Virus record (IMG/VR): IMGVR_UViG_3300010051_000550
Coordinates: 1 to 64,000 of that record
Length of the DNA stretch: 64,000 nt
Source: a virus
Taxonomy: Duplodnaviria; Caudoviricetes
Reading direction: 5' to 3' (one strand)
Each line of letters begins with the position of its first letter. Positions within the stretch are counted from its first letter, which is position 1. Shown here piece by piece: positions 53,701 through 62,848 of this stretch. Under the pieces are notes generated by a model, which saw nothing but the letters and a program-made list of their open reading frames with translations, did no database searches and was not told the origin of the DNA. A program made the translations under genes and the position numbers.

Positions 53701-55057
53701 CCCGGCGATGACGGCCATCGGGAAGCTCGCGGATTACGCCAGCGCGGCAAACCTGCAGCAGAAGACGCAACAATTCACGGCCGATCTGGTTGCCGTCGCC
53801 ACCATCCTGGTGGCCGGATTGACCCAAGCCGCGAATCAGCTTGGGGCTGAGGCGGTTTCCGCAGCGCATGCGTTCGCGCAGGCCGTCTCGTTGATGGTGA
53901 GCCGCGTTCAGGCTGTCGTCGAGGCACTCGCCCAGTTCGGCGGCATGGCTACACCGAACATTGAGCCAATCCTTACCTATATCGTTGCCTCGGCACAACA
54001 AATTACCGGCGCTTTTGCCCAGGCGGGCGACATCGGGGCGGCCGTTCAGTATGCGGAGTCGTTCCGGCTGAACCTGCTGCAGCTCGTCAATGAGGTGAAG
54101 GCGGCCGTTGCGTATTTGATCGCGCTGGCGGGAACGGGGGTGAGCGGATCGGTGGGGGCGGCGCTGGCCGCTATCGCGGCGTCGCTGCAGAACACGGAGG
54201 GGCAGTTTGCCGGGGCGGGAGCGAAGCTGGCGACGGCGCTCATCGACGCGCTGCGGGGCGGGATCGACGGCGGCGAGGGGGCCGTGGTGCAGGCGCTGGC
54301 CGGTGTGCTGGCGGCGCTCGAGGGCGCCGGGATGGCCGAGGCGCGCGATTTCGACAATGTGGGCGCGGCCATCGATGACGCGATGGTGGACGGCGTGAAG
54401 GCGGGCCAGTCGCAGGTGATGGCGGCCGTTGTGCAGGTGGTGGCGGCAGCTGTTGCGGCCGGATTGAGCGAGGCCAAGAAGGCGGCGGCCATCGGTGAAG
54501 AGATGATCCGGGCCGTGCTGGCGGAGGTCGGTACAGGTCGGAGCCAGTTGGATCAGGCCGGCGTGGCGGCGGGCGCGGCGCTCATCGATGGCATGGTGCG
54601 GGCCATTACGCTGGGGAAGAGCCGGCTGGTGAACGCGATTAAGGACGCGGTGAATTCGGCCGTGGCAGCGGCGAAGGCGGCGCTGGGGATCGCCTCGCCG
54701 TCGCGAGTGGCGTTTGAGTTGATCGACAACTTCATGCGAACGGCGGCCGGACGGTTCGGAGACGCGAGCGGACTGGTGACAGCGGTCGGCCGCTCGATTG
54801 ACGCGACCATGACGGCGGCGATGAAGCGGCTGGAGCAGGTGCGGCTGGATGTGCCGGTGGTGGCGACGGGCAGGGATATTACGAGGACGCTGGTTCCGCC
54901 GCCGGTGGTGCATTCGCGGCCGTCGGCCGGGGCGCTGGCCTTCGATGGGGCGGGGCGAGGCGGGACGGTCAATGTCTACGGCAATATTGTGCTGCCGAAT
55001 GTGTCGAACCCGGTTTCCTTCCTCGAGGAGCTGGATGCGTTGCGAGGTGGCGGCTAA
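47723..55057 (+). CDS. Tape measure protein, 2444 aa (TP901-like core)
   Basis: FESAFAGVVKT...LGQLG...LGNNFATTEAEI core; 42-aa Trp repeats; 67-69-aa helical repeats; SPSR C-terminal motif. Confidence 0.93.
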   Translation: MAAELAIIAKLQDDASSGIRSLRGEVEGLGDSGGIAAKGFQTLQSVGTASIVAIGVAVAAATAAAVSFVKSAIDAGIEFESAFAGVVKTVDGVADASGALTELGQQLRDEFRQLALEIPIAVTELARIGELGGQLGVASGDLIAFTELIAKLGVTTNLSTEEAAMSFAQLGNIMQSSQDDLTRLGSSIVWLGNNFATTEAEIVEFTSRIAGAGAIANMSEADLAGIAAAFASVGVSAEAGGTAVQKVILDMNTAVVSGGAQLELYARTAGMTAQEFAQAWREDAAGAFIAFVEGLGRAGDQAILILKELGLTDARLTRGFLSVANAGELLREAVEGSNQAFRENMALVREAALRFQTVESQMQLFRNVINDVKISLYDALRPAIGAIIAALTLFLTSVAPQVREVFQAIGGAVNELVTALLKGESPVLALVDALYMLGAGLGMPIERLEAIRQGVLNFISGVSRVLGPIAQAITSFFSWKDVLVALGVAIASVVIPALIAIVQFAAPIVAVFGGLVLAIAAVRNAWEADFLGIRTAVEGFVQNVLKLIETLRATNLDDFSRLFNELPPLFQEAARALVNLKDALRIALDGIRALLSGDTATAMEAFRSAWEKGWTAIVGFVQNAGAQIGQALQGLWQGIVAWFQSVDWGGLARDLIERFLSGMAALGQARADLWAWILTALTNFINSVDWAQIGYSLVDLLGKGILGAVGLIATAVAGIVTFIWNFITGTNWIELGINLVNAVIDGLGSFASGVGAKLAEWRQAIFDWAGAEDWSGVAEKISTMVGEKLGEMRDAISGKLNEWQTAIFDWAGAEDWSGVAAHIAENIGEKLGEAGDAISGKLNEWQAAIFDWAGAEDWQGVADHIAENIGEKLGEAGSSVTATLSNWQRAIFDWAGAEDWNGVATHIAELVGSALGDAAGSIVSTLDSWEQAIFDWAGGADWGDVSESIATLVGDSLGETSDKVTGKLSSWITAFTDWVNTVDWYQVGYDIMYKITDAFLDFKTAVTVKIAGWLTDVKTETEGYAWYEVGAYILLKIAESAAGAVTDWVQAVSAWVGNIGSAITQHLGNLAQVGRDIVAGIAAGISAAGDLIQGAIAGVAAGSEPAARQAVGAQSPARKLIPVGMDISAGIAVGITQGAGAIISAIHTVADATQMESAKAFGEAMAAVAKGIASALSAALDVGSFSGLGSGFGAAMQQIAAAMAVMVGAVASANTYSQEALEELSAFLEVVGEIGAVLNSVRDATGVVMNFQPPPLNIVTLAFERMAGYLAVMLTVLNGLTLETIGVVSELGDFIDVATELGTLMVSIHSAVGAAMNWQPPPLNIVATAVGVMAQHLAAVMTAFFEANRFGLGGLAILTEFAGTAAAIAEMVGPAVGAMHDLNAFGSVQLDRFHEGVAQLAYTLQIVMQAFNQANTFGSLVLGQISDFADTAGGIAEMVGPAILAMHELDAFGAVRLDTFHEGIAQLAYTLQIVLQNFVRVNTFGSAVLGLAREFAEAAGAVVDVIAPAIEGMDELNAFGAVRLDRFHEGVAQLAYTLQVLVGAFVRANNFGSAMLAQARDFAETAGEIIDVVGEAIEVMGLLSGYASSTQQLGAVIQAFAADLLVLLNTLVGAFAAAAAAAGGAVATAAEFAGHAEDIIDVVEPGIEALLAIAGFEAVAGIRVAAMAFANQLVAVLAELASAFSQAAASAAEAIEEAAEFAGHAEDILDVVEPGIEALAAIAGFEAVAAIRVSAMAFANQLVAVLAELASAFSQAAASAAEAIEEAAEFAGHAEDILDVVVPGIEALAAVAVYVPASGIGAAVQTFAADLIAVILALTNAFQQAGILANQAVVEAGEMSGALEDIVSVVEPAVEAVVALVGYTTVGGLQANARQFAADLVIVVQTLVDGLSQAGLLANQAVAEAGEMAKSIEDILKVVEPALHPDKGALSLIAKYVSQGGLVQKAQQFTTDLINVTQILVTGLTTSALAAGVALTKAGEMAKSIESLFDALDPAMTAIGKLADYASAANLQQKTQQFTADLVAVATILVAGLTQAANQLGAEAVSAAHAFAQAVSLMVSRVQAVVEALAQFGGMATPNIEPILTYIVASAQQITGAFAQAGDIGAAVQYAESFRLNLLQLVNEVKAAVAYLIALAGTGVSGSVGAALAAIAASLQNTEGQFAGAGAKLATALIDALRGGIDGGEGAVVQALAGVLAALEGAGMAEARDFDNVGAAIDDAMVDGVKAGQSQVMAAVVQVVAAAVAAGLSEAKKAAAIGEEMIRAVLAEVGTGRSQLDQAGVAAGAALIDGMVRAITLGKSRLVNAIKDAVNSAVAAAKAALGIASPSRVAFELIDNFMRTAAGRFGDASGLVTAVGRSIDATMTAAMKRLEQVRLDVPVVATGRDITRTLVPPPVVHSRPSAGALAFDGAGRGGTVNVYGNIVLPNVSNPVSFLEELDALRGGG

Positions 55058-56925
55058 TGATTCCGCTGAGTTGGGACGGCAACACGCAGATCAATGACGG
55101 CACGACTTTCGCGGCATATTTCGTGGGGCTGGAGTTGGGGCTGCCTAAGAACGACGTCAATCGAGTGCCACGCCACGGCGCGCACCCGCTGCTGGGCGGT
55201 ATCACGCGGCAGGGGCTGGACTTGATGATGGAGGTGGAGGTGCTGACCGGGAGCGCCGACACGCTGCGGGCGTGGTTCGACAACGAGGACGCGACGCCGA
55301 AGCTGTTGGTGGTGACGGATGACAACGGCACCAACGCGCGGTACTGGCAGGCGATGACCGCGGAGCTCATTCCGACGAACTCGCCTTACATCTATCTGGT
55401 GAAGCTGGCGGTTCACGGCGATGTGCGGCTGCGGAATGTGACGCCCACTTCGCTGCATTGGGACGTTTCGACCAGCGGCGCGACGTTGGTGGTGAACAAC
55501 GGCACGGCGGGGGTCAATGACGACGCTTACCCAATTGTCACTTTCACGCCGCGCTCGTATGCAACGGGGAACAACAACTACCGGCGCTTCGTGACGGTTC
55601 GCTGGCGGAATACGTCGGCGGCTACTCGGTATTCAGTGGACATCGTCGACGCCGGGCTGGACACGCGGCCGGCGAATACGAACTTCGCCTCGGCCGCAGG
55701 GGACGATATTCGGGTAATCGTCGACGGGGTGGAGGCCAACTACTGGCTGGATAACGTCAACACCACGACGACGAAGGTCTTCGTCAATCTGGATTGGCAG
55801 CCGATGCAGGAGGCGACGTTAGCGGCGGTCATGGGCACGGGGTCGGTCACGACGATTCGCGTGAATCAGGACATTCTGAACTTCCCGGCCAACGGGCTGT
55901 TGGAAATCGACAGCGAGCTATTCACCTACAGCGGCAAAGATAACGGGCTGCGGCAGTTCACGGGGGTGGCACGGGCGGCGAGGGGCACGTCGGCCGCCGC
56001 GCATTCGGCCGGGGCGACGGTGCGCTGGATTCAACACGACATCTGGATTGAGTATGGGAGTTCGTCGCTGGCCGCGCCGGAGATCGACGACTCGCTGAAG
56101 CCGATGTTCGACCTGTCAACGTCGAGCAATACCTCGTGGGACTACAACGAATTCGACGAGGAGGGAGCCTCGCGCGCTGCGGCGTGGACGTTTGCCAATA
56201 TCAAGTTCATGACCCGCTATGGTGGGAACCAGACGGCGGCGGCGAACCCGTATGCAGAGATGGGTATTCAGGACGACTGTGCGGATCGCAGCGCGACAGC
56301 GATTGAGGCGTACTGGAGCCTGTTTAACCCGTGCGGGATCGTCTCGGCCAATTTCCAGAACGGAGAGTATTACTACAGCCGCGCCGGCTGGACGACGATC
56401 CGCGTTCGTTCCAGTGCCAGCGGCGGTTCATATACCAGCAATTACACCGTGCCGGTTTCGGTGAAAGACGCGTGGACAGCGTGGTCGCAAAACGTGGCGC
56501 TACTGAGCGGCGCTCGCTATGTGCAGCTCCACATGAGCGGCACTGCAAGGAGCACGAAGCGCACGCGGGTGGAAGTGGCAGACGTGACGCTGACGCTGGA
56601 CAGCAACTATACCCCGACAGTCACCATCGGCGCGGAGCAGGCGACGTATCGCCTGACGGCAACAGTGACAAATGAGACGACGGACGAAGTGTTCCAGATT
56701 GATTTCGGCATGGATTTGGACCAGTCGCTGGAAGTGAACACGGACACGGAAGAGGTGACGTTTCTGGCTGACGGCAGCCCGCAATACCAGGCGCTCACTA
56801 TCGTGGGGGAGAACCGGAAGAGGATTATGCGTCTGCAGCCAGGGGCGAACACGCTGAAATATGAAGAAGATGGCCTGGTGGACGTGGATATCGATATCGA
56901 GTTCGAGCGCCGGTATCGGGCGTAG
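55057..56925 (+). CDS. Distal tail (Dit-like) protein with inserted domains
   Basis: TAATG coupling to TMP; C-terminal LQPGANTLKY...RY Dit pattern; internal ELFTYSG..FTGVARAARGTSAAAHSAGATV. Confidence 0.7.
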   Translation: MIPLSWDGNTQINDGTTFAAYFVGLELGLPKNDVNRVPRHGAHPLLGGITRQGLDLMMEVEVLTGSADTLRAWFDNEDATPKLLVVTDDNGTNARYWQAMTAELIPTNSPYIYLVKLAVHGDVRLRNVTPTSLHWDVSTSGATLVVNNGTAGVNDDAYPIVTFTPRSYATGNNNYRRFVTVRWRNTSAATRYSVDIVDAGLDTRPANTNFASAAGDDIRVIVDGVEANYWLDNVNTTTTKVFVNLDWQPMQEATLAAVMGTGSVTTIRVNQDILNFPANGLLEIDSELFTYSGKDNGLRQFTGVARAARGTSAAAHSAGATVRWIQHDIWIEYGSSSLAAPEIDDSLKPMFDLSTSSNTSWDYNEFDEEGASRAAAWTFANIKFMTRYGGNQTAAANPYAEMGIQDDCADRSATAIEAYWSLFNPCGIVSANFQNGEYYYSRAGWTTIRVRSSASGGSYTSNYTVPVSVKDAWTAWSQNVALLSGARYVQLHMSGTARSTKRTRVEVADVTLTLDSNYTPTVTIGAEQATYRLTATVTNETTDEVFQIDFGMDLDQSLEVNTDTEEVTFLADGSPQYQALTIVGENRKRIMRLQPGANTLKYEEDGLVDVDIDIEFERRYRA

Positions 56926-56944
56926 AGGATTTACGAATTAAGAG

Positions 56945-57661
56945 ATGACTATCGGGCTGGATGGGCATTCGAAGGTAACAGGGCAGAGCGCGTCAGGGCC
57001 GCATACGTTGAACCATGCGTGCGGTGGGGTGCAGCGGTTGCTGGTGGTGGTCTTTTCGGGGATGCGCGGGTCGCTGACGCCTTGGACGGCGAGCGTGACT
57101 TATAACGGCGTGGCGATGACGCCGGGAGCGGCGGATGGGGTGTCGGGGAGTTCGCGTAATGTGCGGACTGAGGTCTGGTATATGGTGAATCCGCCGGGGG
57201 GGGCGGCGTATCAGGTGTCAGTCTCGACGAGCGCGACGATGCAGGCGTATTCCCTGGCGGCGATCTCGCTGACGGGGGTGGATCAGTCGTCGCCGGTCGG
57301 TAACACGGGAACGAATGCGGGGAACCAGAGTTATTACGCGGTGGGGTTGGCGACGGCCGTGGCTGATGCGTGGCTGATCGGCGGAGCAGGAATTCGAAAC
57401 GGAACGCTGGCATGGGCCGAGCAGGGGAGCACGGTGGAGGTCTTCGAGCAGGCGTCGGGGAGCAGCACGACGAATGACCTGGTGGGATGTGGGAATTATC
57501 TGGTCTGTGGGGCTGCGGGGTCGTATTCGCTGGAGGCGAATGCGAGCGGCGCGAACTTTGGGGTGATGGGGGGGATTGTGGCGCAGCCGGCGGCGGCAGC
57601 TCCGGCGCAATGGCTGGGAGCGGAGTTGCTGGTTCCGGCCAGTGGGATTTGGACATTTTAA
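56945..57661 (+). CDS. Tail-tip beta-rich structural protein
   Basis: RLLVVVFSG...VTYNGVAMT; Gly/Ser/Ala-rich. Confidence 0.6.
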   Translation: MTIGLDGHSKVTGQSASGPHTLNHACGGVQRLLVVVFSGMRGSLTPWTASVTYNGVAMTPGAADGVSGSSRNVRTEVWYMVNPPGGAAYQVSVSTSATMQAYSLAAISLTGVDQSSPVGNTGTNAGNQSYYAVGLATAVADAWLIGGAGIRNGTLAWAEQGSTVEVFEQASGSSTTNDLVGCGNYLVCGAAGSYSLEANASGANFGVMGGIVAQPAAAAPAQWLGAELLVPASGIWTF

Positions 57662-57676
57662 GTTGGGAGGTGAGAG

Positions 57677-57943
57677 ATGGCCGGCAGCTTCATTGTGACA
57701 GATACGCATGAGAAAGTGAAACGGATTTTGATGCTGATTGAGCAGGCGCAGGGGTTGTCGGCCGAGGTGGTGCAGCAGTGGAACAAGGTCTCGGGGGCAT
57801 CGAAACTGGGCGGATACCAGTGGCCGGAAGGGTATAGCGAAGAGGATTTTGTGACGGCCATTTCGTCGCTGCAGACGTTGATGCCGGATGTGCTGGGAGC
57901 ACATGGAACGAATCTTTACAGGCTCAAGACGGCGTTTAGTTAA
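57677..57943 (+). CDS. Small tail-associated hypothetical protein
   Basis: Position; GAGG RBS. Confidence 0.55.
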   Translation: MAGSFIVTDTHEKVKRILMLIEQAQGLSAEVVQQWNKVSGASKLGGYQWPEGYSEEDFVTAISSLQTLMPDVLGAHGTNLYRLKTAFS

Positions 57944-57962
57944 TCAGGAATAGAGGTGAGGG

Positions 57963-58853
57963 ATGCCATCATATAACCCGCCCAAAAAGAACACGGCGTT
58001 TGTGATGTATTTGTCGCTGCGGAGTCAGGCGGACGTGCGACTATTTCAGGTGAACCCGACGCTGGCGGCCGGCGACGTGAAGGTGAGCAAGGACGGCGGC
58101 GCGTTGGCGAATGTGACGACGCTGCCGACGGTGGTTTCGTCTACCGCGTTGGTGAAGCTGGAGTTGTCGTCGACGGAGATGAACGCCGACAACGTGACGG
58201 TGATTTTCACGGACGCGGCCGGGGGGCAGTGGTGCGACCTGGTGATTAATCTGCAGACGGCGGCGGGCCAATTTGATGACATCGCGGCGATTAAGGCGAA
58301 GACAGATGCCCTGCCGGCCAGCCCGGCGGCGGTGGGCAGCGCGATGACGCTGGCGACGAACGCGGTGAACGCGGCCGCTGTGGCGACGGATGCGGTGACG
58401 GAGATTCAAAACGGACTGGCGACTTCGAGCATGCTGTCAACGGTTGTCGGCTACATCGATACCGAGGTCGCGGCGATTCTGGCGGCCGTGGATACGGAGA
58501 TCGCGGCGATTAAGGCGAAGACGGATGCCCTGCCCAGCGATCCAGCGGATCAGAGCGCGGTGGAGGCAGCCATTACGGCGGCCGTGGCAGGGTTGAATGA
58601 TTTGAGCGCGGCGGACGTGAAGTCGGAGGTGGTGGACGCGCTGAGCGTGGACACCTACGCCGAGCTTTCGAGCGTGCCGGCGGCGACGGCCAGCCTCGTT
58701 GAGAAGGTGAATTGGCTTTACATGCTGGCCAGAAACAAGCGGGTGACCTCCGGCACGCAGGACAAGGTTCGCAATGACGCCGATTCGGCCGACGTGGGGA
58801 CGGCGGCGCTGAGCGACGACGGTACGAATTTCACGCGAGGCGAATACAGCTAA
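57963..58853 (+). CDS. Tail fibre-like protein
   Basis: LAAGDVKVSKDGGA..N.TTLP; repeated IAAIKAKTDALP. Confidence 0.65.
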   Translation: MPSYNPPKKNTAFVMYLSLRSQADVRLFQVNPTLAAGDVKVSKDGGALANVTTLPTVVSSTALVKLELSSTEMNADNVTVIFTDAAGGQWCDLVINLQTAAGQFDDIAAIKAKTDALPASPAAVGSAMTLATNAVNAAAVATDAVTEIQNGLATSSMLSTVVGYIDTEVAAILAAVDTEIAAIKAKTDALPSDPADQSAVEAAITAAVAGLNDLSAADVKSEVVDALSVDTYAELSSVPAATASLVEKVNWLYMLARNKRVTSGTQDKVRNDADSADVGTAALSDDGTNFTRGEYS

Positions 58854-60055
58854 TGGCGATTGATTCGGCCGACAAGCGCCGTTCGGTGCAGGGCTATGCC
58901 GGAGTGTTTGCGGTTATTCCGCCGCTGCCGGATACGGCCGTCGATGAGAATGACCGCAAGCACGCGGCCGGCATCTATCGCGGCAGCCTGATCGCGCAGG
59001 CGATCTTCTCGCTGCTGGAGCCGGCGGGTGTCTCGATCCTGTTCCTGATTGGGGACATCAACGGCCGGGTGCTGACGGAAATCAATCCGTATGTGCATCG
59101 GGTGTCGTGGCGGCACAATGCCATCGGTTCGACGGTCTTCACGATGGCGCGGACGGACCCGAAGTTGAGCGAGGAATATTTCAACGAGGGGAACCGGGTG
59201 CTGCTGGCGTTCGACAACGGGCTTCAGGAGTGGGGCGGGGTGCTGACCGGCGCGCGCGACTGGACGGATTCATCGGTGAGCTTCGAGGCGTATAGCGCGG
59301 AGTGGGTGCTGGCGACGCGGCGCACGCCACGGTCGCGGTATTTCAGCGACGCGCAGGTGGGGACGATTCTGTCTTCGCTAATTCAGGAGGCGAATGTCTT
59401 CTACCCGACAGGATTGAAGCTGGGGAATATCTGGCAGGGTGGAGCAGCGCATTCTCCTGATTATCACTACAAGTCGCTGTATGACGTGGTGGCCGAGAGT
59501 CTGGTCGGCAATCTGAGTGCGGGGGCGTTTGACGTGACGCCGGCGCTGGAGGGCGGGGTCATCGAGTTCTATGTGAACCTCTACGAGCGCAAGGGAGGCG
59601 ACAAGACGAATGTGGCGCTGGTGGAGGGGCAGAACATCAGTGCCGTCCGCTATCGGGAGATTGACGAGATCGTGAACACCTGGCACATGGCCGGTGAAGG
59701 CGACGGCTGGACGGATGACGCGCGGGTGTATGCGACGGTGCTGGAGGGGGCCAGTGTGGGTCGTCACGGGATGCGGGAGGATTTTGAGTTGCGGTCGGGG
59801 GTGGTGCAGCAGGCGACGATTGACCAGACGGCCGCCAAGCGACTGCAGGAAACGGCGTGGCCGACGCGCGTGCTGGGCCTGTCGGTGACGAATTCACCGC
59901 CGGCTCGGTTTCGGGATTACGGCATCGGAGACACGGTAACGTGCCGGCTGCCGTCGTATGGGTTCAACGGGGTGCGCGGGACGTTCGAGGTGAGGGCGCG
60001 GGAGTTCTTTCCGAGTGATGGCGCGGCGGATCTCGTGCTGGTGGAGGCTCGGTGA
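58853..60055 (+). CDS. Minor tail / baseplate hub protein (Tal/Gp37-like)
   Basis: TAATG coupling; WGG.L; FRDYGIGDTV pattern. Confidence 0.7.
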   Translation: MAIDSADKRRSVQGYAGVFAVIPPLPDTAVDENDRKHAAGIYRGSLIAQAIFSLLEPAGVSILFLIGDINGRVLTEINPYVHRVSWRHNAIGSTVFTMARTDPKLSEEYFNEGNRVLLAFDNGLQEWGGVLTGARDWTDSSVSFEAYSAEWVLATRRTPRSRYFSDAQVGTILSSLIQEANVFYPTGLKLGNIWQGGAAHSPDYHYKSLYDVVAESLVGNLSAGAFDVTPALEGGVIEFYVNLYERKGGDKTNVALVEGQNISAVRYREIDEIVNTWHMAGEGDGWTDDARVYATVLEGASVGRHGMREDFELRSGVVQQATIDQTAAKRLQETAWPTRVLGLSVTNSPPARFRDYGIGDTVTCRLPSYGFNGVRGTFEVRAREFFPSDGAADLVLVEAR

Positions 60056-60612
60056 TGTTTGGGAGATTGCAGGTTGTAACGAATCGCCGGCCGCTGGAAG
60101 GCGGAACGCTGCTGGCCGACTTCCTGGGGGAGAGCAATCTGCTGACGCGGACGCGCAAGCTGGAGCAGCAGACGGAGGAGATCGGGACGTCGCTGTTGTC
60201 GGCGGCGGCGGCCGGGCAGGTGTACACGCGGCGGCGCGGCGCGCTGATGTTCACGGGATGGGGACAGTCGTCGGTGCCGGCGTCGCAGTCGAATGTGACG
60301 CTGTCGCGCTTCGGCGTGGGGTGGCAGGGGCCGCTGGTGCTGCCGTTCGCGGGGTCGGTGACGGGGCTGCTGGTGACGATGAGCGCGCAGCAGACGTCCG
60401 GCTCGCTGACGGTGAAGGTGTATGTCTCCGGCTCGGCCAGCGGTATGGAAGCGGTTATTGACAGTGAGAACCGGTTGTATGTTGAGGAAACAGCGGGACA
60501 GGGCGAGTTTGGCTTCGAGGCGGGGGAGCCGATCACGTTACGCATCTCGACGGCGAGTTGGGCGCCGACGACGGCCGACGTGTTCGTGATGCTCGAGGTC
60601 GCGGCGGGGTAG
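60052..60612 (+). CDS. Minor tail protein
   Basis: GTGA coupling; beta-sandwich C-terminus. Confidence 0.6.
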   Translation: MMFGRLQVVTNRRPLEGGTLLADFLGESNLLTRTRKLEQQTEEIGTSLLSAAAAGQVYTRRRGALMFTGWGQSSVPASQSNVTLSRFGVGWQGPLVLPFAGSVTGLLVTMSAQQTSGSLTVKVYVSGSASGMEAVIDSENRLYVEETAGQGEFGFEAGEPITLRISTASWAPTTADVFVMLEVAAG

Positions 60613-60616
60613 GGAT

Positions 60617-61300
60617 ATGACGGATACGGGCGAGGTTGTACTGGTAATTATTGCGATAACTGCGGCGCTGCCGGGGCTGGTGGTCATCTATGTGACGAAA
60701 CGGCAGCAGGTGGCGCTTCGGACGCAGATGCAGCAGCAGATTGAGGCGCAGCTGCAGAAACAGATCGAGGCGCAGCAGGCGGCGCTGCGGGCGCAGATGC
60801 AAGAGCAGATCGAGGCGCAGCAGCGGACGATTCGATTCCTGACGGGGCGGATGGATGAGATGGAGCGGGCGCGGGCGGAGGAGTATGCGGAGACGGAGAT
60901 TCTGCGGCAGGAGACGGATGACTTGCGGCAGGAGGCGTCAGATTTCCGGCATGAGTTGCGGGAGCTGCGGAACGGTGTGGCGGCTCTGACGCGGCAGATT
61001 GAGGCGGCGGGCATGACGCCGACATGGGTGCCGCCGGCGAAGCCCTCGCGCGAGGCACAGGTGGTGAAGCAGGACGCGATAGAGCTGATGCGGTTCATCG
61101 GGACGCATTTCGACATGGATGAGATCACCGACCTGGCGTACCAGCTGGGGATCGATATTGAGAACGTAGCAGGAGAGAACAAAGAGGCGAAAGCGCGGTC
61201 GTTGGTGAGGTATATGCAGCGGCGAAAGCGGTTGGAACAGCTGCGGGAGCTTGCCCGGTCATTGCGGCCGGGAGGAGAGATGTCTGATGGCGGAGTATAG
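60617..61300 (+). CDS. TM + coiled-coil protein with C-terminal EAD7-like effector-associated domain
   Basis: TM VVLVIIAITAALPGLVVIYV; QIEAQ coil; HFDMDEITDLAYQLGIDIENVAGENKEAKARSLVRYMQRRKRLEQLRELARSLRP. Confidence 0.7.
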   Translation: MTDTGEVVLVIIAITAALPGLVVIYVTKRQQVALRTQMQQQIEAQLQKQIEAQQAALRAQMQEQIEAQQRTIRFLTGRMDEMERARAEEYAETEILRQETDDLRQEASDFRHELRELRNGVAALTRQIEAAGMTPTWVPPAKPSREAQVVKQDAIELMRFIGTHFDMDEITDLAYQLGIDIENVAGENKEAKARSLVRYMQRRKRLEQLRELARSLRPGGEMSDGGV

Positions 61301-61338
61301 CAGGGACTTAAGACGATCTCTGAATGGAGGATTTTAGC

Positions 61339-62826
61339 ATGACCGAATACACAGTAGGAAGCGGCGGTGATTTTGTGACCCTGGCGGCCGCGGCGAAGGC
61401 GGTTAAGGCCGGCGACGTTGTGCATATCAGGGCCGGGGTCTATAGGGAACTATTGACGCTTGACACACCCCGCGTGGCGTGGGTGGGTGAACCCGGCGCG
61501 GTCATCGACGGCGGCTGGGACGGCAAGACAAAAACAGAATCGTGGGCAAACCAGGTCACTTTCAAGGCTCCGGGAGTGACAGTGCGAGGGTTGACGATCC
61601 GCAATTGCCCAGGACGAGGCGTGGCGATACTGGCCGATGATCCCACACTGGAAAAATGCATTGTCGAGAATACGTACCGAGGGGCCATCTTGGTCGGTGA
61701 TTCGACCGGCGCGCCGATCTCGGGCGTCACCATTCGGGGCAATGTCTTCCGCCGGATGTCGCTGGCGTGGGACGTGGGCGACCGGGGTAAAAACGGCCGC
61801 AGCGTGAACGGCTCGTTTAACGTCCAGAATGTGCGCAGCCACAACGCGAAGGGAGAGGCACGGCCGAGTGTCATCGAGGACAACGTGCTCCATGACGGCA
61901 ACGGGGAGGCGTACAACATCGGACGCGGGTCTGAGGACGTTTTGGTCATTGGGAACGAAGCCTATAGCACCAGCCATGTGGGCTACTACACCAACCATGC
62001 CGCACGCACGATCTTCGAAAGGAATATCTTTTACCACATCCCCAACCCGAAATACGGCGGGGCGAAAGGGGACAAATATAGCGCCGCGTTTGTTATCGGA
62101 GATGAGGCGGGAATCGGCGAGAAGGGTTTCCCGCCGTCGCATGGCACGGTTATACGCGGCAACGTTGTGGTGAACGCAGGCAAGTTCCTTCAAGTTCGCA
62201 ACAACAAGCATAACTACGATACGAAGTTTCTGGGCACTGTGGTCGAGGATAACACCTTCATCGCCGGACCGCAGACCACGCAGGGGATCATGATTCAGGC
62301 GAACGTGCACGGTCGGCCGCACAAGGACAGCGTCGTTCGCAACAACGTCATCGACATGACCCACGCGGCGAATGGGGCCGTCATTGCCGCGCACCCGCAG
62401 GGGAGCGGCGTAGAGTTCGTGGGGAATGCGTGGAGCAGGCAGCCGCCGGCGGCGCTGCGGTCGCCTTCGGATGTGGTGGGCACGCTGGGCATTGTCCGTC
62501 CCGACGCACCGCGCGATAAGGGATTGGACCTCGAGAACTACCGGCCGTTGCCGGACTCGCCGCTCGTTCGCGGCGACGGATTTGTTATCGGAGCGCTCGC
62601 GCCGAAGGGCGGCACACCGCCTGAGGAACCGGAACCACCGGAGGAGCCGCCGACTGATCCGCCTGAGGAACCGGAACCGCCGGAGGAGCCGGACATCAGT
62701 GATAGGGTGCTGGAGGAGCTACGCGCCGTTCGCGAGATGGTGATGGCGGCATTGGATGCGGGAGAGAGAGCGCTTGGCGCAGTGGACAAGTTGATCGCGT
62801 TGCTCGAATCGGGCAGCGATATTTAG
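61339..62826 (+). CDS. Right-handed parallel beta-helix enzyme (pectate-lyase-like depolymerase)
   Basis: TLAAAAKAVKAGDVVHIRAGVYRE; repeated I.GN.F/IEDN strands; PEEPEPP linker; helical tail. Confidence 0.85.
   Translation: MTEYTVGSGGDFVTLAAAAKAVKAGDVVHIRAGVYRELLTLDTPRVAWVGEPGAVIDGGWDGKTKTESWANQVTFKAPGVTVRGLTIRNCPGRGVAILADDPTLEKCIVENTYRGAILVGDSTGAPISGVTIRGNVFRRMSLAWDVGDRGKNGRSVNGSFNVQNVRSHNAKGEARPSVIEDNVLHDGNGEAYNIGRGSEDVLVIGNEAYSTSHVGYYTNHAARTIFERNIFYHIPNPKYGGAKGDKYSAAFVIGDEAGIGEKGFPPSHGTVIRGNVVVNAGKFLQVRNNKHNYDTKFLGTVVEDNTFIAGPQTTQGIMIQANVHGRPHKDSVVRNNVIDMTHAANGAVIAAHPQGSGVEFVGNAWSRQPPAALRSPSDVVGTLGIVRPDAPRDKGLDLENYRPLPDSPLVRGDGFVIGALAPKGGTPPEEPEPPEEPPTDPPEEPEPPEEPDISDRVLEELRAVREMVMAALDAGERALGAVDKLIALLESGSDI
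62617..62693 (+). repeat. 42-bp tandem duplication encoding a PPEEPEPPEEP linker
   Basis: CCGCCTGAGGAACCGGAACC(A/G)CCGGAGGAGCCG twice. Confidence 0.8.
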
Positions 62827-62848
62827 CCCCAAGGGGCGAGGAATAAAG

